IMG/VR virus record: IMGVR_UViG_3300042922_000250
Coordinates: 1 to 64,000 of that record
Origin: a virus
DNA length: 64,000 bases
Direction: 5' to 3' (one strand)
Shown: in pieces, positions 1 to 8,915 of the stretch
How the letters are laid out: every line of letters begins with the position of its first letter
Numbering within the stretch: position 1 is the first letter of the stretch
Notes under the pieces: generated by a model
Seen by the model: the letters and a program-made list of their open reading frames with translations, nothing else
Databases searched by the model: none
What the model was told of the DNA's origin: nothing
Position numbers and translations under genes: made by a program

Positions 1-176
1 TGAAGCACGGAACCAACTACGATACTTACGGCATGCAATGCAAACTAAGAGGACTTGCTGAAAGATATAAAGATGACGAAGGGCATTACCTTGTAAGCGT
101 CCTTACCACTAACGACCTGAACAGTGCAACCATAAAAGACGTATCAGAACTGGTATTTCAACTCGGAACCCATTAA
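1..176 (+). CDS. 3' end of hypothetical protein identical to 41137..41541
   Basis: Encodes ...KHGTNYDTYG...VFQLGTH*. Confidence 0.85.
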   Translation, partial: KHGTNYDTYGMQCKLRGLAERYKDDEGHYLVSVLTTNDLNSATIKDVSELVFQLGTH

Positions 177-181
177 TCGCA
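1..181 (+). repeat. Direct repeat copy 1 (matches 41366..41546), may extend left of the window
   Basis: Base-by-base match with one synonymous difference at position 128 (GCA vs GCC). Confidence 0.97.
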
Positions 182-233
182 GAGTGAGCCGGGAAACCGG
201 CCTCTGTCCAAGGCGATGAAAGGATGATGCAAA
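177..233 (+). repeat. Array spacer: GCAGAGTGA + hairpin + GAAAGGATGA RBS (twister-like remnant)
   Basis: cgcagagtga-gccgg-gaaa-ccggc; lacks TAATGC and the L4 loop. Confidence 0.5.
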
Positions 234-425
234 ATGTCAACTCTACAGTATAAAAATAAAACAGTATGTTGTTGCTGTGCAAACTGCGGCTGGAAAGGGA
301 TGGTTGAAGACCAGGAAGTGTTTTGCCGAGAGTCGAGGGAATGGAACAATAACTACCACGAATGCCCCCAATATTGGTTCAGTTGGAGTCATTTCGAGAA
401 TTTAAAACCAGATAACGCAGAGTGA
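234..425 (+). CDS. Small Cys-rich (zinc-ribbon-like) hypothetical protein
   Basis: RBS gaaagga; CANC...ECP. Confidence 0.7.
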   Translation: MSTLQYKNKTVCCCCANCGWKGMVEDQEVFCRESREWNNNYHECPQYWFSWSHFENLKPDNAE

Positions 426-476
426 CGGGGCTAGTCCCCTGTAATGCCCCCGGATACCAGGGAAAGGATGATTTGT

Positions 477-746
477 TTGCAAATAGTAATTGGCTGGGTA
501 GAAATGGAACCCGAATTAATTCGCAGACGTAAAGACGACATCGGGGAGCAACATATTTTTTGCGAATCGCCCGTTGCAAGGTCGGCAATGTGGAAAAACA
601 ACGGCACAGAATCCGATACAGAAAAAGCCTTGCAATATGCGGGGGCGAACGGCTATCAAGTTTATGTGTATGCCAATGTCAAAAATCCATTAGAGCAGGC
701 TCGTAAGGATGCAGCGCGACACTGGAATCAAACTAACGCCCTGTAG
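477..746 (+). CDS. Hypothetical array protein
   Basis: TTG start 8 nt after aaagga, within ORF 444..746. Confidence 0.7.
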   Translation: MQIVIGWVEMEPELIRRRKDDIGEQHIFCESPVARSAMWKNNGTESDTEKALQYAGANGYQVYVYANVKNPLEQARKDAARHWNQTNAL

Positions 747-804
747 CGGGAGCCGAAGGCTGCGGTCACAAGCACTGATAGCCAGTAATGAAAGGATGAT
801 GCAA

Positions 805-1041
805 ATGGCCACCGGCGAAGCGTTTATGCGTATCCATCATGCGCGAAGGAACGCAGAAAAAAGAGCTTCCGCAAAGAAGATTGACAAAGAATCGTATCGC
901 AATCTGCGTTGCGAACTAGTGGCACTGCAGACAGCGGACAGTGCGTTATGGGCAGACCTTACACTATCAGATGACTTTGTTGAGCAAAATAGCAAGGAGT
1001 ACAATAGCCGCATACAAGAGTTGATCAACGCGATTTACTAA
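805..1041 (+). CDS. Hypothetical array protein
   Basis: RBS gaaaggatga then ATG (MATGEAF...). Confidence 0.7.
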   Translation: MATGEAFMRIHHARRNAEKRASAKKIDKESYRNLRCELVALQTADSALWADLTLSDDFVEQNSKEYNSRIQELINAIY

Positions 1042-1043
1042 CC

Positions 1044-1103
1044 GACAGAGCACCGGGGAGCAATCCCCGGTAATGCGGCAAGCGGGGGCGCAAGGCTGCC
1101 GCG
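1044..1103 (+). ncRNA. Degenerate twister-P5-like element
   Basis: cagagca-ccgggg-agcaat-ccccgg-TAATGCGGC-aagcgggggcgcaaggc; L4 and T1 imperfect. Confidence 0.4.
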
Positions 1104-1123
1104 TAAGAAAGGAGGGATTTAAT

Positions 1124-1249
1124 GTGAAATATGTATGTTGTATCTGCGGCAAAGAACTGAACGAACTTGACCTGATTCCTAATGATGAAGGCAGAGACAT
1201 TTGCCCTTACTGCGGTAAAGATGATTTAGAGCAGATTGCTCTGTCCTAA
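1124..1249 (+). CDS. 41-aa zinc-ribbon protein (not in ORF track)
   Basis: RBS aaggagg, GTG start; MKYVCCICGK...DICPYCGK. Confidence 0.75.
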   Translation: MKYVCCICGKELNELDLIPNDEGRDICPYCGKDDLEQIALS

Positions 1250-1277
1250 CTAGGGTCATTTAGAAAGGATTGATAAT

Positions 1278-1427
1278 ATGGCCAAGAAAAACGAAGTGCA
1301 AAAAATAAAAAGGCTTGAAACGGCTATCAAAGCTACTATGGATAAACTTGGCGACAAAAACATTGAAATTACATCACAACTTCGAGAGGAATTATGCGAA
1401 ATGCTTTTTGATTCGTTGCGTGGATAA
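1278..1427 (+). CDS. 49-aa hypothetical protein (not in ORF track)
   Basis: RBS gaaagga; MAKKNEVQKIKRLETAIK... Confidence 0.7.
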   Translation: MAKKNEVQKIKRLETAIKATMDKLGDKNIEITSQLREELCEMLFDSLRG

Positions 1428-1470
1428 TCCCCGGCCTAGCCGGGGTAATAAATGGAAAGGATGGATTTAC

Positions 1471-1656
1471 ATGACACTGCAAACACTTGCGAAATACTTA
1501 AATACTGATGATCTTTGGCTGAGCGGGAAAGATGACTTCGGATTTGCACACTATGAAGGAAAAGAAGCCTTAGAAGAAGCGGTGAGTCGGCACGGATGGC
1601 GAAAGGTCATCAAGATTACCCCAGGCGATAACTGCTTGGATATAACAATTGCTTAA
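1471..1656 (+). CDS. 61-aa hypothetical array protein
   Basis: RBS gaaaggatgg; MTLQTLAKYL... Confidence 0.7.
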   Translation: MTLQTLAKYLNTDDLWLSGKDDFGFAHYEGKEALEEAVSRHGWRKVIKITPGDNCLDITIA

Positions 1657-1740
1657 CCACCGCCTGACGATGACATTGAAAGGAGCCAACAACATGCCCG
1701 ATAAAATCATAATCAAGATCCACCCCAGCAGCAGCGCGAA

Positions 1741-1773
1741 AAGAAAAGCCGCCAAGTTAGGCGGCTTTTCTTT
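1741..1773. terminator. Bidirectional intrinsic terminator ending the left array
   Basis: aagaaaagccgcc-aagtta-ggcggcttttcttt. Confidence 0.85.
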
Positions 1774-1816
1774 GTGTAAAATAAAAAGCCCTAGCCCATC
1801 CGGCCAGGGCAATCAT

Positions 1817-2281
1817 CTACCTCACTCTAATCAACCCATGCTGCACAGCCAGCAAAGCCGCATAAGTAACCACATTATCACGCCATTTATAGTAAGTATC
1901 TCTCTCTATGTATAACTCCGCACACGTTTGCTTCCAATCTTGATTATCTTTGTATCGCCTTTGCATAAAATCCGGTATTGAACTGCCAGCGAAATGATTA
2001 TAAGTCCCACCGATAACCCCTAACCACTCTTCTGGCTTTAAAATTGCTTCTTCCTGCTTGCCAAGCATGACGGTAATACATTTTATCCTATCCGCTAATA
2101 AAACGCCTCTAATCGCCGTAGAATCGCTTATAAAGGCATGTCCTCCACCGCCTGACATATCCGGCTTGCGGCTACCGTATAACTGATTGTCTCTGACCTC
2201 TTTAACTGCTTCTTTGATCGCGTTTTCGATACTGATATAATGCTCTATCCGCTTGCAAATAGTACCTTCGAGTACTCCCAT
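1817..2281 (-). CDS. ArpU/RinA-like late transcriptional regulator
   Basis: C-terminal HTH (WKQTCAELYIERDTYYKWR); last gene of the early operon. Confidence 0.75.
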   Translation of the reverse strand: MGVLEGTICKRIEHYISIENAIKEAVKEVRDNQLYGSRKPDMSGGGGHAFISDSTAIRGVLLADRIKCITVMLGKQEEAILKPEEWLGVIGGTYNHFAGSSIPDFMQRRYKDNQDWKQTCAELYIERDTYYKWRDNVVTYAALLAVQHGLIRVR

Positions 2282-2691
2282 TAGCTAGACTCCAATGTAG
2301 ACAATAGCGCAGCTTTGCAAATCGCCTCAGGGACCGTTTGGCATTGGGCGGACGATCCATGCCAATTATGCTTTGGGTTGTTATGATAAGGACACGGACC
2401 ATAATTACAAACAAACTTTACAAGCCACTCACCATGATTAAACCGATACAACTCAGCACTTTCATAATGCAATTCCCGCATTTTTTCAACAACTTCCCAT
2501 GCATAACTTATATCTGTGCTGTAATATTTAAGTGGATTTTGCGTCTCTTTATCGTACAAAAAATCACCATTAAGACCAAAATCATCATCAGTAACTATAT
2601 CGCCTTCAATCTTTACGTGAAATACTTCTTCGGCGACAATAATATCCAGTTCTCTCCCCGGCTTCATCGCCAATATCTCTTTTTTTGTCAT
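2281..2691 (-). CDS. Phage ABA-sandwich-like protein
   Basis: GRELD..VAE, YSTDISYAWEVVEK, PEAICKAAL motifs. Confidence 0.7.
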   Translation of the reverse strand: MTKKEILAMKPGRELDIIVAEEVFHVKIEGDIVTDDDFGLNGDFLYDKETQNPLKYYSTDISYAWEVVEKMRELHYESAELYRFNHGEWLVKFVCNYGPCPYHNNPKHNWHGSSAQCQTVPEAICKAALLSTLESS

Positions 2692-2694
2692 CAG

Positions 2695-3003
2695 TCACGC
2701 CTCCTTTTTCGGGAAATGCTTGTCAATCAAGTCTCGCAACTTCTCGCATTGATATTGATTAAGCGGTATTTTCTGATTGCCTGTTTCTATAATAATATTA
2801 ACACCGTCATCTTCTTTCCTAACACGCACAAACGTTGTTATGTTTGTTCTTCCGAATAAAAAAGCATACTCACGATGACCTTCTGATAATCCAAGCGTCA
2901 CAATCTCAATTAGTTTCTTTTTTTCTTCTTGATCTTCTAACGCCTTAATCCTAGTTGTTAAATCACACGAATCACATTTATCTTTTTTGCTCCAAAACAT
3001 CAA
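2695..3003 (-). CDS. Hypothetical protein
   Basis: RBS and operon packing. Confidence 0.6.
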   Translation of the reverse strand: MMFWSKKDKCDSCDLTTRIKALEDQEEKKKLIEIVTLGLSEGHREYAFLFGRTNITTFVRVRKEDDGVNIIIETGNQKIPLNQYQCEKLRDLIDKHFPKKEA

Positions 3004-3044
3004 TTTCCCTCCCTCTTAAAATCCTACGCCAATTCAAATGTCTT

Positions 3045-3536
3045 TTAACCTGCGTCATTCTGGTGCGAATTTTGGCTATTGTGAAGTTGTTTATCATGCC
3101 AAGTTACCGCAACCGCATATGCACTCCATATGTCAGCCTTAAATCCATAAAACCAACCAGGTGCCTTTTTAGTTCCAACTGTGCCGAATCGATCAAGCAA
3201 TGCCTGTCTAATATTGCTGTCTTTTGCTTTAGTTACTCCGCATATATTTATTTTTACGTCTTTTCGATAAATTAGAATAGGTTGCATCCCCTTGGACTGT
3301 AGTGCTTCATAAAACCTTCCAATCCATACACAAGTTTCAAATACTTCCTTTCCTACAGCCATTCCGTACGATGCAATCATTTCTATGGCAACATGATCGC
3401 ATAATCTAAACGCATCATGATTTATAAATGCTAATAAATCATGATTATTTAGTTTTCCAAAGCAATCAGGCTTTAGATTATCATCAGTAACAACATGAGC
3501 AGATTCTACATTTCCTGGATCTATAGCTAATATCAA
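3045..3536 (-). CDS. RuvC-like Holliday junction resolvase
   Basis: MILAIDPG, VAIE, ADIWSAYAVA acidic motifs. Confidence 0.75.
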   Translation of the reverse strand: MILAIDPGNVESAHVVTDDNLKPDCFGKLNNHDLLAFINHDAFRLCDHVAIEMIASYGMAVGKEVFETCVWIGRFYEALQSKGMQPILIYRKDVKINICGVTKAKDSNIRQALLDRFGTVGTKKAPGWFYGFKADIWSAYAVAVTWHDKQLHNSQNSHQNDAG

Positions 3537-3698
3537 TTCCCAACCTCCCTATACAGTCTGCACCTAAACTTTTTAGGCCTTGTGTAGCTGAATTGTTTGG
3601 CGCAGACTATTGTTTTGTCGTTGATTAACGCTGTTAGGTGATAGCATGATTGGCAGAGGTATTTATTCATGCCCACGGCTGCAGGATTGTTATGGCTT

Positions 3699-4484
3699 TC
3701 ATGGCTGCCCCTCCGCTACCTGTTTGATCGAATCTTTCCATGCGACTTTCGGACGGCCTTTGAGCGCGGCATATAATGCCCGAATCTCGCTGTCACGTTG
3801 CTGATCCTTGATCGCTAGCGCAGCCAGCGCGACTTGCTGACTATCCTTTAAAACGCGCTGGTCAATTTTATTCATTTTACCTAACCACACTTTGTCGGTA
3901 ACATAAGACTGAACAGCCTCAAACGTCCTGATAGCATCCTCCTTGCCGGAAAGCATCGGTTCCATACTGACTGATGTCGAAAAATCAAGTCCATATGCCA
4001 CCATCAAGCACGCAATACGCTCCTTTGGCAAAGGCGATCCCGGTTCCCAAAACCTTGACAAGTCGTCGTCGAGCGTGCCAATCGTAAATCTAAATAAGAT
4101 TTGGTCTTTGAAATGTTCCAGTGCAAATAGCAACGGCTTAATGCAGTCCATTCTTGGCTTTGACACGACCAAAACATTGTTACCGTTCCGCAGGGTTTTG
4201 GTCAGCACATCAATTGATTTTTCAAGATATGTTGGCGTAATGTCGTGGATTGTCGGGAACATGATCACACCATTTCTCTTTGCCATGCCGTTAGGGAAAG
4301 CGTTTTCTCTGACTGTTTCACGTTCCCATTCGCTTCTGTCGGCAATCCGCTTGTATCGCAGAGCGTGAACGGTTGCATAGCAGTACCGGCATTTATTCCG
4401 GCATCCTAGTCCTATGTTCATTGAGTGTTCAGACCATTCGCGGGTTCCTGTTCCTGTTCTTGCGTCGCTAAAGTTGGCTTTCAT
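3699..4484 (-). CDS. Radical SAM protein
   Basis: GCRNKCRYCYA (CxxxCxxC); SMEPML. Confidence 0.75.
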   Translation of the reverse strand: MKANFSDARTGTGTREWSEHSMNIGLGCRNKCRYCYATVHALRYKRIADRSEWERETVRENAFPNGMAKRNGVIMFPTIHDITPTYLEKSIDVLTKTLRNGNNVLVVSKPRMDCIKPLLFALEHFKDQILFRFTIGTLDDDLSRFWEPGSPLPKERIACLMVAYGLDFSTSVSMEPMLSGKEDAIRTFEAVQSYVTDKVWLGKMNKIDQRVLKDSQQVALAALAIKDQQRDSEIRALYAALKGRPKVAWKDSIKQVAEGQP

Positions 4485-4897
4485 GGCTGCTCACCTGCCT
4501 TAGCAGTGGTGTCGCCGCTCCCCAGGGCTTGGCGGGCAATGCTACGCATCCAATGGGCGCATTGTTTTGTTAGTTGCGGCTTACCCGGCCCTACCACTGT
4601 ATACATTCCTTTTTCATCCGGGCCACTAACATCAGGATAGAAATAATGACCCTCTCTTTTTGCTATCCGTTCCAGTGCCCCCGTCAGTTCCGCGATTCTG
4701 GCGTTAAGTTCCGCAATCTTAGCATCAACCGCCTCCAGTCTGTCAATGTGGTCGAGCAGGGCTAGCAGAGTAGTGGGGTTTATAACCAGGTTAAGCGATA
4801 CGCAACCATTGCAAACGCAAGTGTCGTATGTCTTTTTTGTTTTTTCATGTTTTTTAACATACCGTGCCGCCTCCCGCAGGGCTTTTGTGTCAATCAT
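4481..4897 (-). CDS. Ead/Ea22-like protein
   Basis: IDTKALREAA...NPTTLLALLD, coiled coil. Confidence 0.5.
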   Translation of the reverse strand: MIDTKALREAARYVKKHEKTKKTYDTCVCNGCVSLNLVINPTTLLALLDHIDRLEAVDAKIAELNARIAELTGALERIAKREGHYFYPDVSGPDEKGMYTVVGPGKPQLTKQCAHWMRSIARQALGSGDTTAKAGEQP

Positions 4898-5252
4898 TTC
4901 GATTCCTCCAATTCATTGCGAAGCGGCAGAAGTCCATCCACGGGCAACCCGTTCCGCAACGATCTTCGTCATATTCCCACTCATATTCTTCAAGTTCAAG
5001 ACAGACAGGAGTTTCGTTTGACTGCGCGCCTTTCAGAGCCGCCTCCCCTAACTCAGCTTTTGCCGACAGGGATTCGATGAGGTCGGCAATGTCTGCGCAA
5101 TCACTTTCTGTTATCTCAGGAATTTCGCATCGTTTATCACAAAATACTTGATTATCGTCAGAACATTGACAAATCGGCTTTGCGCTTGCTCTAAGTATTT
5201 TTATCGCCGTATCCTTGTCAATCACGCTGCTCACTCCTTTGCGCACGCCCAA
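4890..5252 (-). CDS. Cys-rich hypothetical protein
   Basis: Operon packing. Confidence 0.55.
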   Translation of the reverse strand: MGVRKGVSSVIDKDTAIKILRASAKPICQCSDDNQVFCDKRCEIPEITESDCADIADLIESLSAKAELGEAALKGAQSNETPVCLELEEYEWEYDEDRCGTGCPWMDFCRFAMNWRNRND

Positions 5253-5975
5253 TTTGTAAAAGCTATACAGTTTTCCTCAGCCTTGCAGTACTGCCTTTCC
5301 TGCTCGTCCGGACATGTAGCACACGGACAATCAGGTATCCGTTCATATCCTGGATTAATAACCACTTTAGTCATGACCTCTCCCCTTTCTACTGCCTGAG
5401 AACAGGCTCATCGTCTTCGTTTGTGGTAGTTCTCTGTATTTGTATTTTCGGAGTAAGTCCTAATGCCAACAAAGGCCATGCAGATTGTGTCACGTATATA
5501 GCAATTGAGATTGCGCTATAAAATCCAATAAAGACTAATGCCATACAAAGATTATTCACGGCTTTTCCTCCCTTGGCGGCTCCGGCAGCTTAACAGTTAT
5601 TAAATCGCGACATTTACTGCAAACATAATCAAGCCATTTTCCGGAATAACCACCAGAAAAATACGCCTTACCTTGACACTTCGGACACTTTATTTGGAAT
5701 GGCATTTTCTTTTTCATTCTTCAACCTCGGAAGCGCATTTGCCGCACCTGTAATCTTTATCCGTGCTATCCCAAAACCACTTATGACGCTTGCATTCAAC
5801 CATTTGCTTGATGGTTGGATTCATGGCTGTTCCTCCCTCTCAACAACGGCCAATCTCGCCCTCATAAACAACAGGCACGTTGTTTGATATGGTTCATCGA
5901 TGTAGACTTTAAGGATGTGAGAATTCTTGCACTCACAACTCCTTAAGTATCCGAATATGCGATATTGGCTTTAGA

Positions 5976-6191
5976 CTACCTATGAGGAATTGAAACCTCC
6001 ACAAAACATTCACTATCCCACCCGCACTTTCTACAACGATAACTCCATAATGTTGGAGAGCCATGTTCTGGACGCTTATCGCGATAAATTATCTTCCCGG
6101 TTTTTACATTTCGGCCAACAACGCAATCATAAGTCGTTAACTGCGTGATTCTATCGCTGCCACATTCTGGGCACTTTGTTACTTTGTTCAT
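5976..6191 (-). CDS. Zinc-ribbon protein
   Basis: CPEC...CRKC. Confidence 0.65.
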   Translation of the reverse strand: MNKVTKCPECGSDRITQLTTYDCVVGRNVKTGKIIYRDKRPEHGSPTLWSYRCRKCGWDSECFVEVSIPHR

Positions 6192-6511
6192 GTTTCCCCC
6201 ATCGCCTCCGCCAAAGCGTCGATAGCGTCCAATATTTCAACAAGTACTTCCAGTGCCTCATTTTGATGGGTATCATCGGTTGTTGCTCCCCATTTTTGTT
6301 TTGCACTTATCACCGCATCTGCCGCCTGCTCAAGCCGGGATAGGCGGTTCAACTCATCGGCAATTCGTTCCCTGTCGCCCGGCATAATATCGCATAGCAT
6401 TCGGAAAGACCTTACCGACCTGTCCTTCGGCGAGCATGCCACAAACGATTCCCTGAGGATTTTTTCGAGATATTCTACTTCACTCATCATCTTCCACCTT
6501 CCTGACTCCAT
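6188..6511 (-). CDS. Hypothetical protein
   Basis: Operon packing. Confidence 0.55.
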   Translation of the reverse strand: MESGRWKMMSEVEYLEKILRESFVACSPKDRSVRSFRMLCDIMPGDRERIADELNRLSRLEQAADAVISAKQKWGATTDDTHQNEALEVLVEILDAIDALAEAMGET

Positions 6512-6718
6512 CCCAATTAAACAACCAAAACACTCTTGCTAAAAAATTCGTCCTCCAATTCATCAACCATCGAATTAGCCTTTCGGATTGCTCACCAATC
6601 ACAACAAACAGGATTGGGCAAATCCATATTGGCGACAAAATCAGATCGATAATCAAAATTAAAACCTTCCATTTTTTACTGTCGACTGCTTGGCTGTATA
6701 TGGCAATTCTCTTTTTAC

Positions 6719-7063
6719 TCACAACCGCATACCTCCGATCAAATCCGGGTTGTCGTGGATGTTGCCGCTCTCCCTCTCTAAAACGATAATGGACAATATC
6801 ACCCATCCGTCAAGCAACCCGTACATTGGTCCTTTAAGTACATGAGTGACAACCGATTCACATTTTCTTCCCGTGTACTTTAACTGCTTTCCTGATTTCA
6901 TTTCTTGCACCGAGAACTCAGTCTCTTTAAGAATCAAAATGTCGCCAGACTGATAATCCCTATCGTTGAACCTGATTTCATAGGTTTTATCTCCGTTATA
7001 AACCGCCTCGAATACTTCTGGGTCGGTTTTTAGTTCGTGAACGTTTGGTGTGATTCTACTCAT
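6719..7063 (-). CDS. DUF3850/ASCH-PUA domain protein
   Basis: HELKTDPEVF...GDKTYEIRFNDRDYQSGDILILKE. Confidence 0.85.
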   Translation of the reverse strand: MSRITPNVHELKTDPEVFEAVYNGDKTYEIRFNDRDYQSGDILILKETEFSVQEMKSGKQLKYTGRKCESVVTHVLKGPMYGLLDGWVILSIIVLERESGNIHDNPDLIGGMRL

Positions 7064-7569
7064 CAGCCGCTCTCCTTTCCGCTGAGGGCTTCTCTTGCTA
7101 AATTAATCCAAAAACTATTGTCTTTGCTATAATCCTTTGCTGCATCTGACGATAAAAAAACTAAACGCTTCTTCATTGCTTGTAATGCCTTCACCAGCAC
7201 CGCTATCCTCGCGTCCCTGACTTCAAGTATTTCCACCAACCAAACAGCAGGGATATGTACCGTAACGACATTACAAAGCGATTTTAGCTGTTCAGTTCCC
7301 TGATCCGGGTCATAAGCATAATACGGACAATAATCTTCGACTGATTTTGAGTTGGCGGCATCCAATGCCATGTTAAGAAGTTGGTTTTTATGCTCAATCT
7401 CTTTGTAGGCATCGGCTAGGCTATCCAGCTTGAATTTTACTAGGGACAGTTCCGCTTCACAGGCGGCGAGTTGATTTAATATTCTAATGTTGCCACACAT
7501 CAACCTATTGACCTCTTGCCTCAATTCCCCGCACTCTTCCCTCAGCTTGCAAATCTCAGTTTCGGTCAC
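7063..7569 (-). CDS. Coiled-coil hypothetical protein
   Basis: Heptad-rich; overlapping start/stop. Confidence 0.6.
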   Translation of the reverse strand: MTETEICKLREECGELRQEVNRLMCGNIRILNQLAACEAELSLVKFKLDSLADAYKEIEHKNQLLNMALDAANSKSVEDYCPYYAYDPDQGTEQLKSLCNVVTVHIPAVWLVEILEVRDARIAVLVKALQAMKKRLVFLSSDAAKDYSKDNSFWINLAREALSGKESG

Positions 7570-7793
7570 TTCAATCCCTCCAAATACCGCTTCAACGACC
7601 CCAAGCTATAACTTGGCACCATCGCATAACCCTTGAATCGATGCTCTCTAACTACGGCTGTTGACAACCTGATTAATTCATTTCGCTGTGCTATGATTTT
7701 CTGTTGTCCTTTAGGCATTGCCCACAACATGGCGACGAAGCAAGCGCAGAAACCAATCATAAGAGTTGTTGGTAACCAGTACCAGGAAATCAT
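7566..7793 (-). CDS. Small membrane protein
   Basis: N-terminal hydrophobic helix. Confidence 0.6.
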   Translation of the reverse strand: MISWYWLPTTLMIGFCACFVAMLWAMPKGQQKIIAQRNELIRLSTAVVREHRFKGYAMVPSYSLGSLKRYLEGLK

Positions 7794-8203
7794 TTATCAT
7801 CACCCCTTGCCACTACGCAAACCATCATGCAGCGCATACTAGCGTTTAACAAATGATCCTCCGTCCGATCACCAACAGCCCAATATACCAAGTGCCTAAC
7901 CGCCCGCCATGCATGTTCTCTTGCTTCAATCTGTCGCCAATTGTCAACTCCATACTTTTCTGCTCCTTTTGTCAGCCCTTTGGACAGGTCAATCAGCCAT
8001 TGAGGATCTAGATAGCGGAATTCATCTTGTTCTGATGCTTGTTTACCGCCGGATGGCAAGGTTTCCGTTTCTTGCTTATTTGTCAGTTCCCATAGCGAAT
8101 GATCTTCGTCGCATACGCTACATGGACGTTCATTTATTTGTTTCGTTAACCACGTACATTTCCAGCACGGTTTTTCTTTTGACATACTTATCACCAATTT
8201 CAC
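7790..8203 (-). CDS. dATP/dGTP diphosphohydrolase-like (DUF5664) protein
   Basis: GAEKYGVDNWR...HAWRAVRHL...EDHL. Confidence 0.75.
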   Translation of the reverse strand: MKLVISMSKEKPCWKCTWLTKQINERPCSVCDEDHSLWELTNKQETETLPSGGKQASEQDEFRYLDPQWLIDLSKGLTKGAEKYGVDNWRQIEAREHAWRAVRHLVYWAVGDRTEDHLLNASMRCMMVCVVARGDDK

Positions 8204-8228
8204 TCTCCCAACAATTTCAGATTGCCGC

Positions 8229-8915
8229 CTATTTTCCCAATTTCCTCAAACTATCGCCTGTAAACTCTACAAAAATGCTCGTTGACCTTAACCGATCAAT
8301 AACTCTTGCCGCATACTTCCCGGCTAATTCTGTAGGTGTTAGATTGGTTGTTATAATCGTCGGTCGCATGCGGTTATATCGTTCGCTGATAATTGCATCA
8401 ACCTTAGTCAATACCCATCCTTTCTCGTATTCCGCTCCTAAATCGTCTATCACTAACAACCCGGTATCTTTTAGCCTAGTTTCAAACGCCGCCCATTCTT
8501 CTTTATTGGTTTCTTTGAGTGTGAATATCGTGTCTAGCAAACTTGCCATTCCGACAAATTGCCCTCCACCACCTGCGTTAAGATGTTGGCGCAATACCGC
8601 TACTGCTAAACTGGTTTTCATGGTTCCAACTGGGCCAGCAAGAATTAACCCTATGCCTTTTTTTGCATGGTCACTTAACTTGCTGGCATACTGTTTTATT
8701 GCCGAATATTGAAAGTTTATTGAAAGCGGTATTCCTCTAGCTTCCATTGTAGAAAACTCGCAATCCTTATATCTGTTAAAGATTCCTCGCTTTTCAAGAT
8801 CAATTTCTACTGTTTTTTCAGGTTGGAAATTCGGTTTCCCATTTGAATCCAGATTCAAATCCGGTATTTTTCTGGCTACCCAATCCCGGATATCCCCGAC
8901 TTGAAGTTTTTCCAA
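8229..8915 (-). CDS. DnaC/IstB-like helicase loader ATPase
   Basis: GPVGTMKT Walker A, LLVIDDLG Walker B, TIITTN. Confidence 0.9.
   Translation of the reverse strand: MEKLQVGDIRDWVARKIPDLNLDSNGKPNFQPEKTVEIDLEKRGIFNRYKDCEFSTMEARGIPLSINFQYSAIKQYASKLSDHAKKGIGLILAGPVGTMKTSLAVAVLRQHLNAGGGGQFVGMASLLDTIFTLKETNKEEWAAFETRLKDTGLLVIDDLGAEYEKGWVLTKVDAIISERYNRMRPTIITTNLTPTELAGKYAARVIDRLRSTSIFVEFTGDSLRKLGK

Noticed and set aside
1-181. Simple circular-assembly overlap
   Set aside because: The copies differ at one base and continue into different sequence.
1657-1690. Hammerhead ribozyme at CTGACGA (also ~42304)
   Set aside because: Only the CUGANGA box is present; stems and a properly placed GAAA/UH cannot be built, so at most a remnant.
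177-1773. CRISPR array or integron attC sites
   Set aside because: Repeats are heterogeneous and separated by whole genes; no regular period, cas genes, attC boxes or integron integrase.
1649-1915. ORF after the last left-array spacer
   Set aside because: Runs through the terminator into the convergent gene; probably a truncated cassette.
7790-8203. Diaminopurine (Z-DNA) pathway
   Set aside because: No purZ or dedicated polymerase in the window.
7909-8712. Long plus-strand ORF and similar antisense ORFs across the structural modules
   Set aside because: Shadows of well-supported minus-strand genes; no RBS or motifs.
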